Assembly (NCBI GenBank): GCA_963741205.1
Contig: CAVUHW010000008.1
Location: forward strand, 160,001 to 224,000
Source of the DNA: Nitrospirota bacterium
GTDB taxonomy: Bacteria > Nitrospirota > UBA9217
Length of the DNA stretch: 64,000 bases
Reading direction: 5' to 3'
Position numbers and translations under genes: made by a program. Positions 21,985 through 31,613 of this stretch are shown one piece after another. Position 1 is the first letter of the stretch; each line of letters opens with the position of its first letter. Under the pieces are notes generated by a model. It searched no databases, had not been told where the DNA came from, and saw nothing but the letters and a program-made list of their open reading frames with translations.

Positions 21985-22932
21985 CTAGTACAGCACGCTG
22001 GGAGTCAGTTGTTCCTTCCGGAGCACGTTATTGACGATGCGTTCGATGCCCCGCGACGGCCGCGAAAAGGGGTATTCGACGGCGAGGGGCCGTTTGCTCC
22101 GGATGGACTGCCAGACGCAGTCGTCGTAATCGACATAGCCCAGGTATTCCACGTCGATCCCGAAATATTTCCCGCAGGCGCTCTTCATCGAGAACCCGAT
22201 CTGGATGTCGTTTTTGGTCCGCACCTGGTTCATGATCAGCTTGGGCTTGAACTTGATCATTTCGAGATCGAGGAGCTCGCCGACATCCCGGTCCATGGTC
22301 TTTATGCGCTCTATGAGGTCATGGGGCGTCCGAAGGCCCATGGCGTTCTTCTGGTCCATGGCCGTATCGATGACGGTCTTTACGTTTCGGTTGTTCACCA
22401 CGAGTTTTTTGAACCTGCGGTAAAAGGCGCTCTTGATGAACCGGTAGGCGTTCTCGATCGCCGTGGGCTCAGGCATGACCACCAGGATGCCGTGGTCGGA
22501 GAAGAGGAAGAAGTCGAGGATGTTGAACGAGGTGCCCGCTCCGAGGTCGAGAAGGATGTAATCGGTGTCCAGGGAATCAAGGTTTCTGAGCAGCCGCGCC
22601 TTCTGCGCGAAATTGGGGTTGGCCGCGTCGAGGAAGTCCTGGGCGCCGCTGATGAGGCTCAGGTTCGGAATGCTCGTCTCGATGATTACATCCCGGAGGC
22701 TCTCCACGCGGCGGCTCAAGAAATCGGAGAGCGTCATTTCCGGCACGCCGATTCCCAGGGTGGTGTGGAGGTTCGCGCCGCCCAAATCAGCGTCGACAAG
22801 AAGGACCTTCTTATTAAGACGCGCGAGATGTATGCCCATATTGCCGGTGATCAGGCTCTTACCGATACCGCCCTTGCCACCGCCGATGGCCCATATCTCT
22901 TTCTTGCGCAGGATATCCTGGAGTTCAGTCAT
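21985..22932 (-). CDS. MinD/ParA (FlhG-like) ATPase
   Basis: Deviant Walker A GGKGGIGKS; VDADLGGANL, LDLGAG and PEPTAIENAY motifs. Confidence 0.88.
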   Translation of the reverse strand: MTELQDILRKKEIWAIGGGKGGIGKSLITGNMGIHLARLNKKVLLVDADLGGANLHTTLGIGVPEMTLSDFLSRRVESLRDVIIETSIPNLSLISGAQDFLDAANPNFAQKARLLRNLDSLDTDYILLDLGAGTSFNILDFFLFSDHGILVVMPEPTAIENAYRFIKSAFYRRFKKLVVNNRNVKTVIDTAMDQKNAMGLRTPHDLIERIKTMDRDVGELLDLEMIKFKPKLIMNQVRTKNDIQIGFSMKSACGKYFGIDVEYLGYVDYDDCVWQSIRSKRPLAVEYPFSRPSRGIERIVNNVLRKEQLTPSVLY

Positions 22933-23606
22933 TCCGAAACATTCTCCTCGGTCACGGCGGCTGTCATGGATTCGTCTTCCTCCGCTCCGCCGGGAGCTGT
23001 TTCATCCTGTGCGGTTTCCTCCGCCGGCGCCGCGGCGCCTCCCTCGACGACCGGTATTTCTTCCATGACCTCTTCCGCGGCCTCGAGTTCCTGGAATTCC
23101 TTGAGCGTCGGAAGGGCCGAAAGGTCCTTCATGCCGAAATACTGGAGAAACTCCGGCGTCGTGCCGTACATGATGGGCTTGCCCGGCACGTCCTTCTTCC
23201 CCACGATCTTCACGAGGCGTCGTTCCATCAGGTTCCGCATGATCCCGCCGATGTTCACGCCGCGGATAGCCTCCACCTCGGTGCGCGTGATAGGCTGTTT
23301 GTAGGCCACGATTGCGAGCGTCTCAAGCGCAGGACGGGAAAGCTTTGACGATGCCTTGACGGATTTGAACTTCCTGATCCAGGAAGCGTACTCCGGTCTC
23401 GTCGCGAGCTGGTGCCCTCCGGCCACTTCGGCAAGCATGATGCCCGCGCCCCGGTCGTCGTACTCACGGCCGAGCGAGGCGAGCTGGGCTTCGATTTGTT
23501 CCGGCGACGCATCCTCGAACAGGCCCTTCAGTCTGTCCGCAGACAGGGGATTACCCGCCACGAAGAGGAGCGCCTCGATTGCCGATTTCAATTGCTGATC
23601 GTCCAA
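22929..23606 (-). CDS. scpB: SMC-Scp complex subunit ScpB
   Basis: IEALLFVA, EVAGG, LSRPALETLAIVAYKQPITR, IRGV and YGTTPEFLQYFG motifs. Confidence 0.95.
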   Translation of the reverse strand: MDDQQLKSAIEALLFVAGNPLSADRLKGLFEDASPEQIEAQLASLGREYDDRGAGIMLAEVAGGHQLATRPEYASWIRKFKSVKASSKLSRPALETLAIVAYKQPITRTEVEAIRGVNIGGIMRNLMERRLVKIVGKKDVPGKPIMYGTTPEFLQYFGMKDLSALPTLKEFQELEAAEEVMEEIPVVEGGAAAPAEETAQDETAPGGAEEDESMTAAVTEENVSE

Positions 23607-23637
23607 AATAGGACCTCACAAAAAAGGAAAGAATGAA

Positions 23638-23862
23638 TGGGACGCAGATGAACGCAGAAAAAACGGACTCGACGATACTTATGATGATCTCGTAAAAAGT
23701 CTTGGCTCACACGAAGCCACGAAGATCACAAAGGATATCTTGAATGTTTTCAACAGGTCTTTCTTCGTGCCTTTGTGTGAAAATAGAAGTTCTTACGACT
23801 TCATCATTCCTATTATAGTTCTTTTTACTCATCTGCGTGCATCTGCGCAAATCCGCGTCCCA
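23638..23862. repeat. three nested MITE-like inverted-repeat elements
   Basis: Outer TGGGACGCAGATGAACGCAGA/..GCGTCCCA; middle ATGATGATCTCGTAAAAAGT / AGTTCTTACGACTTCATCAT (23681-23807); inner TCACACGAAGCCACGAAGA / TCTTCGTGCCTTTGTGTGA (23707-23780). Confidence 0.75.
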
Positions 23863-23874
23863 AGGTTCCCGGGT

Positions 23875-24723
23875 TCACATTGCGGACGGGTCGCCGAGCC
23901 TGCCGAGCGCGACCTTGGCGTTCATTTTAATGTCTATATCGGTTGATGTCTCGAGTATCCTCCGGATCTTCGGGAGCGCGTCCCGTACCAGTTCCGGATT
24001 CTCGCTCCCGATGTTGCCGAGCGCTGCCACGGCGTTTTTAACGGCGTTCGGATGGGCGCTGTCGAGGTACTGCATCAGCTTCGGCACCAAAACCGCCACT
24101 TCGGCGGGGTAGTGTAGTCCGATGGCGCCCAGAGCAAAGAGCACGCCGCCGCAGGTCGCCTCTTTTGAGAACTCGAGCACTTCGACGAGTTTCGGCAAAA
24201 TCCCGCGAATCAGTTCGGGCGCGTTGATGCCGACCTTGCCCAAGGCATGGGCCGCAGCCTCGCGTTCGTCGTCATCGCCGCCTTCGAGCATCTGGATGAG
24301 ACGAGGCACCGCATCCCTGACCAGCTCCGTGTGAGCGAAGCCGATGTTTCCCAGGGCATAGGCCGCTTCCTGTCGCACCAGGCTCTGTTCGTGATTCAGG
24401 AGGGCCTTGAGCTTGGGCGCGGCCTTGGCTGCCGAATCCTTGAAGCTGAAACCGAGGTTCCCGATTGCGTTCGCCGCGTCGATTTTGATGAACATGTCCG
24501 GATCGTCGAGGAGTGCGATGAGAACCGGGAGGTGGGGCCTGGTATCGTTCGGATAGTCGAACCCCACGCGAGACAGGAGGTTCAAAACGCCGGAACGGAT
24601 GTCGCCGTTTTTCTCGCCCAGGAGCGCAACGAGATCGCCGATGAGCGAACGGTCTCCGTAGACGGCCGCCTCGATGCCGCCGAACTTTTTTTCCAGCGCA
24701 AGCGCTTTAAAGTCAGGTTTCAT
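23875..24723 (-). CDS. HEAT-repeat protein
   Basis: About six ~40-aa repeats of the form PxLxxLL..VRxxAAxALGNIG. Confidence 0.85.
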   Translation of the reverse strand: MKPDFKALALEKKFGGIEAAVYGDRSLIGDLVALLGEKNGDIRSGVLNLLSRVGFDYPNDTRPHLPVLIALLDDPDMFIKIDAANAIGNLGFSFKDSAAKAAPKLKALLNHEQSLVRQEAAYALGNIGFAHTELVRDAVPRLIQMLEGGDDDEREAAAHALGKVGINAPELIRGILPKLVEVLEFSKEATCGGVLFALGAIGLHYPAEVAVLVPKLMQYLDSAHPNAVKNAVAALGNIGSENPELVRDALPKIRRILETSTDIDIKMNAKVALGRLGDPSAM

Positions 24724-24826
24724 GAATAATCCCCAATAGCAATGGGTAAGGGTCAAGAAGCAAGGAGGACCATAATCATCTTCCCTTGCTACATGCTACT
24801 TGCTGCCAGATTTTCTCCTCATTTCC

Positions 24827-25582
24827 TTATCCAAACAGGTTCCCCGTGGCCGTATCCTTGTTCTGTGACTCCGTCACCGCCTTGACGATCCTGATCGCGC
24901 CGAACTGCTCGATCTGCACGGCCTTGACGATCCGCGTCTTGATGAGCTCAAGGAGCGCCAGGAACGTGCCGATCACCTGCGCCCTTGACGCGCTTCCTTC
25001 GAACAGATCGGCGAAGAGCAGGCTGTCCACGGCCTCAAGCCGGGCCAGGATCTGAGAAATCTTTTCCGTGATCGAGACGGCCTCGGCAGTGATCTCGAAG
25101 CCGGCTTCGGGCACCCGCGCCATCACGTCCTTGAGCGCCGCCAGGAGGTCGAAGAGGTGGAAGTCGAAAAGCAGCGGCTCCTCTTCCGCGGGACGCTCCG
25201 GCGCGGTCTCGGCCTGCCTCGTGTAGATCTGCGACCAGGTCTCTTCCTTGTTTTCGAGGGCAGCCGCGGCATCCTTAAAGCTCTTGTACTCGAGGAGCCT
25301 GCGGATGAGCTCGGCCCGGGGGTCGACGCCGTCCTCCTCCTCCGTATTCTCGGGAGGCGGCAGGAGCATCCGGGACTTTATGTGAGTAAGCGTCGACGCC
25401 ATCACCAGGAAATCGCCGGCGATCTCCATGTCGAGGCTTTTCATGATTTCGATGTACTCGAGGTATTGCTGGGTGATAAGAGCGATGGGGATGGAGTAGA
25501 TATCGAGTTCGTGTTTCTTGATGAGGTGGAGGAGAAGGTCCATGGGACCTTCAAAAATCTCGAGTTTTATCTGATACGACAT
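24827..25582 (-). CDS. scpA: SMC-Scp complex kleisin ScpA
   Basis: FEGPMDLLLHLI, ITQQYL, FLVMASTL, KSRMLLP, DPRAELIRRLLEY and TFLALLEL motifs. Confidence 0.95.
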   Translation of the reverse strand: MSYQIKLEIFEGPMDLLLHLIKKHELDIYSIPIALITQQYLEYIEIMKSLDMEIAGDFLVMASTLTHIKSRMLLPPPENTEEEDGVDPRAELIRRLLEYKSFKDAAAALENKEETWSQIYTRQAETAPERPAEEEPLLFDFHLFDLLAALKDVMARVPEAGFEITAEAVSITEKISQILARLEAVDSLLFADLFEGSASRAQVIGTFLALLELIKTRIVKAVQIEQFGAIRIVKAVTESQNKDTATGNLFG

Positions 25583-25692
25583 GGGTGCTTAAACGCCTCC
25601 GAGCATGTGCCGTCGGCATCCGGGCCATGCCGCTTCTTAGTTAAGAAAATTATCTTTATTCGCCCGAAAAGTCAAGAGAAAACATTTTCCAA

Positions 25693-25820
25693 ACGCGGAA
25701 TGCGGAGCGCGGAATGCGGAATAAAAACCGAAAATAATGGCGGAGCGTTCAGTCCTCCCTCCTTGCATCATAGGAGAGAAGGTGGGTGAGGGACACTTTT
25801 CTTCCGCATAACCGCATTCG
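25693..25820. repeat. 7-bp-periodic inverted element enclosing a CCTCCCTCC..GGAGAG remnant
   Basis: ACGCGGAATGCGGAGCGCGGAATGCGGAAT ... TTCCGCATAACCGCATTCG. Confidence 0.6.
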
Positions 25821-25863
25821 AACCGGTCTGGTATAATGTTGGTAGCGGGAGGGAGGAGGATGG

Positions 25864-26841
25864 ATGGCGGCAGGCAACGGGATTTATTCGGAAAAAGAGC
25901 TGTTACGCATGATTCGCCGATGGGTCCCGCGCGAGCGCGTGCCGAAGCGCGTACAGGTAAAGGACACGGCGGACTACTTTCGTGTGGACTATGACGATGT
26001 CGTCGTGCTCGAGGATATTCCCTATTTTATCCGGAATAACGAGCGCGAGGGCAGGTTCGGCCTCGACGACGAGCAGAAGTTCTGGGTCAAACGCTCCATC
26101 AACCTTCTGACGGGCGAGGTCAAGATCCTGAAATGGGTTTTCAGGGAGCGGTACGAGGCGAGGATCGGAAACCTCGTGTTCGAGTGTGTCAGGAGCCCGC
26201 AGAAGGAGGCGCGGATTCTCGAGCTCGTGCGCGGCAGGCCCGAATTCATGCAGGGCAGGACCGTCCTCGATTCCTCCGGCAACCAGCTCCGCATCCTGGA
26301 CTACATCAGGGGCAAAACACTGGGCCAGATCGCGGTCGAACTGGGAAGGGACCACGAGGATTTCTTTTATAACTTCTATCCCGCGCTGCTGGACGAATAC
26401 ATCACGATCGCCGGGGCCATCCGCTTCCTTCACGAACACAACGAAAAGCATGGAGACATCCGGCGCGACCACCTCATCAAGGACGCCGAGACGGGCCAAT
26501 ACCGCTGGATCGACTTTGATTTCAACTACCGCCACAGCGAAAGCCGCTTCGGCTTCGACCTCTTCGGACTGGGGACGGTTCTGCTTTTCATGACCGGACG
26601 CGGGGACGTCACCACACAGCGGCTGCTTCATGACAACCCCGCCCTCCTGGACCGGCTTACCGGGGACGACGTGAATATCGTGTTTCACAACCGCGTCAGC
26701 AACCTCAAAAAAATTTATCCCTATATCCCGGAAAAGCTGAACCGGATCCTGATGCATTTTTCCGTGAGCGCGCCGGTCTATTATGAAGAGACGAGGGAAT
26801 TGCTCGAGGACCTGGGAGAGGCCAGGGAGGAATTGAAGTGA
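25864..26841 (+). CDS. protein kinase-like domain protein
   Basis: VKILK, KHGDIRRDHL (catalytic-loop-like), WIDFD and FDLFGLG motifs. Confidence 0.7.
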   Translation: MAAGNGIYSEKELLRMIRRWVPRERVPKRVQVKDTADYFRVDYDDVVVLEDIPYFIRNNEREGRFGLDDEQKFWVKRSINLLTGEVKILKWVFRERYEARIGNLVFECVRSPQKEARILELVRGRPEFMQGRTVLDSSGNQLRILDYIRGKTLGQIAVELGRDHEDFFYNFYPALLDEYITIAGAIRFLHEHNEKHGDIRRDHLIKDAETGQYRWIDFDFNYRHSESRFGFDLFGLGTVLLFMTGRGDVTTQRLLHDNPALLDRLTGDDVNIVFHNRVSNLKKIYPYIPEKLNRILMHFSVSAPVYYEETRELLEDLGEAREELK

Positions 26842-26910
26842 CGATTGCGGAATGCGGAATTCGGAATGAACGTCTAACGGTCTAAAATAACAGTTCGAAT
26901 TCAATTAGCT

Positions 26911-26986
26911 TGTCATCCCCGAATGCTTCTATCGGGGATCCATTTTGACCTGATGACAATGGATTCCCGCCTGCGCGGGAATGACA
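26911..26986. repeat. GTCATYCCCG..CGGGAATGAC palindromic repeat, copy 1
   Basis: Two hairpins in inverted arrangement; the first 39 nt differ by one base from the copy at 61648. Confidence 0.85.
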
Positions 26987-27041
26987 GACAGAGGAAGTAA
27001 TAAAAAGGAGCGAAACCATGTCACCCGATGCCGGTGTACCC

Positions 27042-27494
27042 ATGAAGGACAAGCACCTCCTGATCGCCGTCGACGAGTCGGACAGCTCGCGCCGCGCCGT
27101 TCTGTATGTCGCTGATTTCCTCGGCGGGCTCCCGGGGTTCACGGCGACGATCCTCTCCGTCATTCCCGAGCCCGAAGAGGATTTTTTCGACTCCGACCAC
27201 GAGATGAACGTCTGGATCAGTGACCAGGTCGACAAGACAAACAAGATGCTGGCAAACTACAAGCAAATCCTGATCCAGTCCGGCTTCCCCGAGAAAAAAG
27301 TGCGCATTCGTTCCTGCGTGGGAGAGGCGAAGTCGTTTTCCGACGCGATCCTCGATATCCACTGCGACGCAACGTGCTGCACCGTCGTCGTGGGCCGCCA
27401 CCACAAGTCCAAGACCGAGGAGTTCCTCTTCGGCAGCACGTCGAACAGGCTCATCCACGAGGCGAAGGGCTGCGCGGTGTGGGTGGTGGAATAA
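27042..27494 (+). CDS. universal stress protein
   Basis: LLIAVDESDSSRRAV, VVVGR and FGSTSNRLIHEAKGCAVWVV motifs. Confidence 0.85.
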   Translation: MKDKHLLIAVDESDSSRRAVLYVADFLGGLPGFTATILSVIPEPEEDFFDSDHEMNVWISDQVDKTNKMLANYKQILIQSGFPEKKVRIRSCVGEAKSFSDAILDIHCDATCCTVVVGRHHKSKTEEFLFGSTSNRLIHEAKGCAVWVVE

Positions 27495-27601
27495 TATGGT
27501 TTGATGTATCTCAGGGTCATCAAGAATGACACGACTCTTTCATTCTCCTGCTGTTCGATTTAACCGTGTCCCTCCCTGCCCATCCATGGTAAAATACCTT
27601 C

Positions 27602-29446
27602 GTGACACTCGAGGAAAAACTCCAGAACCTGCCGGACTCTCCCGGCGTATATATCATGAAGGACGCCGGGGGGCATGTGATTTACATCGGCAAGGCCGTG
27701 TCCCTCAAGAACCGCGTGCGCTCCTATTTCCAAAGGGGCGCTAAGGGAGAGAAGACCGAGATCATGGTCCGCCAGATCGCGGACCTCGAGACCATTGTGA
27801 CCCATACCGAGCTCGAGGCGTTTGCGCTCGAGTCGAACCTCATTAAAAAGCACCGTCCCCGCTACAACATCATCCTCCGCGACGACAAAAACTATCCCTA
27901 TCTCCGCTTCGACATCAAGTCCGAATATCCCCGCCTCGAGGTCGTGCGTCGATTAAAAAAGGACGGCGCGCTTTATTACGGGCCCTATGTGCCTGCGGGA
28001 GGAATGTGGGAGTCCCTGGCGCTCATCCGGCGCACCTTCCCGATCGCACCCTGTAAGATCGAGCTCAGGGCGGACAGGCCCGGAAGGCCCTGCATTCAGT
28101 TTCAGATCGGCCGGTGCCTGGCCCCCTGCTCCGGAGATGCCGACAAGGTCCAGTACCAGGATATGGTGAACCAGGTGCGGCTGTTCCTCGAAGGCAAGAA
28201 CCGGGACCTCCTTGATATCCTGAGGAGCCACATGGACGAGGCGTCCGAGAGAATGGAGTACGAGCGCGCGGCGGAACTCCGGGACCGGATCGCGAAGATC
28301 GAGGGCGCTCTCGAAAAGCAGAAGATCATCTCCCCCGGCTTTGAGAACCAGGACGTCATCGGCATGGCGTTTGAAGCAGGCCGCGCGGACATCCAGGCGC
28401 TTTTTATCCGGAACGGCATGCTGCTGGGGCGCAAGGATTTCTACCTCGACGACGTGCGCGGCATGACGGAAGAAGAGGTGCTCTCCGACTTTCTCCGGCA
28501 GTTCTACTCCAAGGAGATGATCGTGCCCCAGGAGGTGCTCTTGCCGGCCGAGGTCGCGGGCCGCGAGACGTTCGAGGCCTGGCTCGCGGAAAAGCGAGGC
28601 GCGAACGTGGAGGTGCAGTTCCCGCAGCGGGGCAGAAAGCGCGAGCTCGTTCAGATGGCCTCGGACAACGCGGCCCAGTCGCTCCGGGAGCGCCTGCTGT
28701 CGCGCAGGAGCAAGGAGCGGATCCTTGCGAGGCTCCAGGAAGAGCTGGGCCTCCGGAACCTGCCTCGCAGGATCGAGGCCTTCGACATCTCGACCATCCA
28801 GGGCGCCGAGTCCGTGGCGAGCATGGTTTCCTTCGAGGACAACTTGCCGGACAAGAGAAACTACAAGAAGTTCAAGATACGGACCGTCAGCGGCCAGGAT
28901 GATTTCGCGAGCATGGCCGAGGTGATCAGGCGGAGGTATACGAAAGCGAAGGAAGAGGGCGCGCTGCCCGACCTCATCCTTATCGACGGCGGCAAGGGCC
29001 AGCTCAACGCCGCGCTCGACGTGCTGCAGGAATTGGATATCGCGGGGCCTGACGTGATCGGCCTCGCCAAGGCCCGGAGCGGTGAGGAAGGGACCGAGCG
29101 GGAGTTCGAGCGGGTGTTCCTCCCGGGCGTGGAAGAGCCGGTCATTCTCGAACCCACCAGCTCGACCACGCATCTGGTTGCGCGCGTGCGCGACGAGGCG
29201 CACCGGTTCGCGATCACCTATCACCGGAAGCTCCGCGAGAAGAGAGCGGTGCATTCCGAACTGGACGACATCCCGGGCATCGGCGAAGTGCGGAAAAAGG
29301 CGCTGCTGCTGCATTTCGGGAGCTTGGAGAAGATACGGCAGGCGACGGCGGAGGACCTGGCGGCGGTCAAGGGGATGTCGAGGAAGTCCGCGGAGGAGAT
29401 CGTGCAGCTATTTTCAAGGAGCCGAGGTCAAGGTTCAAGTCCGTAA
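27602..29446 (+). CDS. uvrC: excinuclease ABC subunit C
   Basis: GIY-YIG domain (PGVYIM..YIGKA), LRDDKNYPY, UVR domain, EAFDIS, IDGGKGQL, RDEAHRFAI and HhH IPGIG. Confidence 0.97.
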   Translation: MTLEEKLQNLPDSPGVYIMKDAGGHVIYIGKAVSLKNRVRSYFQRGAKGEKTEIMVRQIADLETIVTHTELEAFALESNLIKKHRPRYNIILRDDKNYPYLRFDIKSEYPRLEVVRRLKKDGALYYGPYVPAGGMWESLALIRRTFPIAPCKIELRADRPGRPCIQFQIGRCLAPCSGDADKVQYQDMVNQVRLFLEGKNRDLLDILRSHMDEASERMEYERAAELRDRIAKIEGALEKQKIISPGFENQDVIGMAFEAGRADIQALFIRNGMLLGRKDFYLDDVRGMTEEEVLSDFLRQFYSKEMIVPQEVLLPAEVAGRETFEAWLAEKRGANVEVQFPQRGRKRELVQMASDNAAQSLRERLLSRRSKERILARLQEELGLRNLPRRIEAFDISTIQGAESVASMVSFEDNLPDKRNYKKFKIRTVSGQDDFASMAEVIRRRYTKAKEEGALPDLILIDGGKGQLNAALDVLQELDIAGPDVIGLAKARSGEEGTEREFERVFLPGVEEPVILEPTSSTTHLVARVRDEAHRFAITYHRKLREKRAVHSELDDIPGIGEVRKKALLLHFGSLEKIRQATAEDLAAVKGMSRKSAEEIVQLFSRSRGQGSSP

Positions 29447-29595
29447 AGTTGACAACTAAAAGCAACAGTTGAGCACAGGCGCAAGGAGCAAGGAGCAAGT
29501 ACGATTCAAACTGACAGATCTTCTCCTGTTTCGCGTCTGCCCTGCGATGGCTGACTTAGATCCCTTGCAGCAATTGTCATCATCAAGGAGTCTCC

Positions 29596-30414
29596 ATGAC
29601 CAACGAACAGTGGCTGGAAATCTTCAAACACATCGGCAAGAAAATGCGCGACGGCCTGTCCGTGATCCTCGCGAAGGAAGGCGGCGCCGTGCCGCTGGGC
29701 AAGGGGGCGGGCGGGGACAAGACCTTCCCCGTGGACCAGTGGGCGGAGGACATCATCATCGCGTCACTCGAAAAGGCTCAGCGGGAAGGCGAAACGTTCA
29801 CGCTCATATCCGAAGAGCTCGGCATCAGAAAGTTCGGGGAGGGCGGGAAGATCGTGCTCGTGGACCCCATCGACGGAAGCAATAACGCAAAGAGCGGGAT
29901 ACCGTTCTTCTCCGCCTCACTCGCGCTTCTGAACGGACCAACGCTGGACACCCTCGCCGTGGGCTATGTCATCAATCTTGCCGCGGGCGACGAGTTCTGG
30001 GCGCTGCGCGGCAACGGCGCGTACAAAAACGGCTCGCGGATCAGGACATCGGCCGCGCAGGGCATCACGATCGTCGCCTACGAGGCATCCTCGCCGGCGA
30101 CCGATATTCCGCGGCTCATGCCGCTTTTCGCTCAGGCGAAACGCACGCGCTGTTTCGGTTCGACCGCGCTCGATCTTGCCTACCTTGCGTCGGGCGCGCT
30201 CAGCGTTTTCGCAACGGCAACGGCATCGAGGGCCTTCGATTACGCGGCAGGCATGTTGATCCTGAAAGAGGCCGACGGCGTCATCACCGACCTCGAGGGA
30301 ACGACGCTCGACCACATCGTCGCGGGGCTGCACCGGACCGTGCCGCTCCTTGCCAGCAAGAACGACGCGACGCACATTCTGGCGCTAAACGCCCTTTCCG
30401 TCCGCAAGGATTAA
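29596..30414 (+). CDS. inositol monophosphatase / FBPase family (bifunctional type)
   Basis: GAGGDKT..VD, ISEELG, VDPIDGSNNA, FGSTALDL and FDYAAG motifs. Confidence 0.85.
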   Translation: MTNEQWLEIFKHIGKKMRDGLSVILAKEGGAVPLGKGAGGDKTFPVDQWAEDIIIASLEKAQREGETFTLISEELGIRKFGEGGKIVLVDPIDGSNNAKSGIPFFSASLALLNGPTLDTLAVGYVINLAAGDEFWALRGNGAYKNGSRIRTSAAQGITIVAYEASSPATDIPRLMPLFAQAKRTRCFGSTALDLAYLASGALSVFATATASRAFDYAAGMLILKEADGVITDLEGTTLDHIVAGLHRTVPLLASKNDATHILALNALSVRKD

Positions 30415-30464
30415 TAGTATTTCCCAGTATTGACTTACTTTTCTTTTTATGTAATTATGAGTCT

Positions 30465-31391
30465 ATGGCGCTTGTGAATCACACCACGCGTGAGATCAAC
30501 GCGAAAATCGTGTACTATGGCCCCGGCCTCTGCGGCAAGACGACGAACATCCATCTCATCTATCACCGGATAGCGCCCAACCAGCGGGGCAAGCTCATCT
30601 CGCTGGCGACGGAAACGGACCGGACGCTTTTCTTCGATTTTCTTCCCGTCGAACTCGGCACCATCAAAAATTACAAGGTGCGGTTCCATCTCTACACGGT
30701 TCCCGGACAGGTGTTCTACAACGCTACGCGGAAGCTCGTCCTGAAGGGCGCCGACGGCGTCATTTTCGTCGCTGATTCTCAGCGGGCCATGCTGGACGCC
30801 AACCTCGAGAGCCTGGCGAACCTGCGGGAAAATTTTGCGGAGCAGGGCGTCAAGCTCACCGAGTTTCCCATGGTGATACAGTTCAACAAGCGGGACCTGC
30901 CCGACCTGCTCTCGACCGACGAACTGAACGAGGCGTTAAACCCGCGGAAGGTGCCGTTTTACGAGGCCGTGGCGACGACCGGCGACGGAGTGCTGAAGAC
31001 CTTCACCGCCATTTCCAGGCTGGTGCTGCAGGACATGCAGAAGAAGCCGGAGCGCCATAATTTCACGCTCAGCGACATCATCGCAAGGGGCGACAAACAA
31101 CCGCAGGCCGCCGAAGGCGTCATGAACAACATTCCGCCCGCGGAGCCGTCGATGCCGGGCGCGCCCATGGCGGAGGCCAAGCCGGAGATGGCAGCACTCG
31201 AGGAGGCCGTTGATGCCGGCATGAAGGTGAATCTCGGAAAGGCCTTCGTGGAAGACAGCAATATCATACTCCCGTTCGATGTGGTGACCAGGGAGCGGCA
31301 AGAGCAGTTCCAACTCCGCGTTGCGATCGATATGGAGGCGCCCCTCGCCAAACGGTTCAAGATTCTCGTGAAGAATTTTAAGAAGTGGTAA
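30465..31391 (+). CDS. mglA: MglA-like small GTPase with a C-terminal extension
   Basis: KIVYYGPGLCGKTTN, TETDRTLFFDFLP, YTVPGQ, FVADSQ and NKRDL motifs; about 110 extra C-terminal residues. Confidence 0.85.
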   Translation: MALVNHTTREINAKIVYYGPGLCGKTTNIHLIYHRIAPNQRGKLISLATETDRTLFFDFLPVELGTIKNYKVRFHLYTVPGQVFYNATRKLVLKGADGVIFVADSQRAMLDANLESLANLRENFAEQGVKLTEFPMVIQFNKRDLPDLLSTDELNEALNPRKVPFYEAVATTGDGVLKTFTAISRLVLQDMQKKPERHNFTLSDIIARGDKQPQAAEGVMNNIPPAEPSMPGAPMAEAKPEMAALEEAVDAGMKVNLGKAFVEDSNIILPFDVVTRERQEQFQLRVAIDMEAPLAKRFKILVKNFKKW

Positions 31392-31613
31392 GAGAGCGGG
31401 AGCCGGACGGAGGTCAGCGCAGACGCCCGCTGGTTGCACGAGGGCCGTCACAGTCGGGAATACCCGCCGGCACGATAAGATGCCGCAGGTTTCAACCTGT
31501 TTGATCGTCCCTGTGCCACCGCGTTCATCCCGGAAGTGCGGTTTCATCTCCAGCGGGTATTCATCCATGGATAGCTGTCGTATGAGGTCAAGTGGTTTCC
31601 CTTTGAGGTTCCC

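Noticed and set aside
27953-29314. Long antisense ORFs (453 aa opposite uvrC; also 30936..32378, 54786..56405, 16990..18186)
   Set aside because: These are shadow frames of GC-rich genes with clear homology on the other strand, and they carry no motifs.
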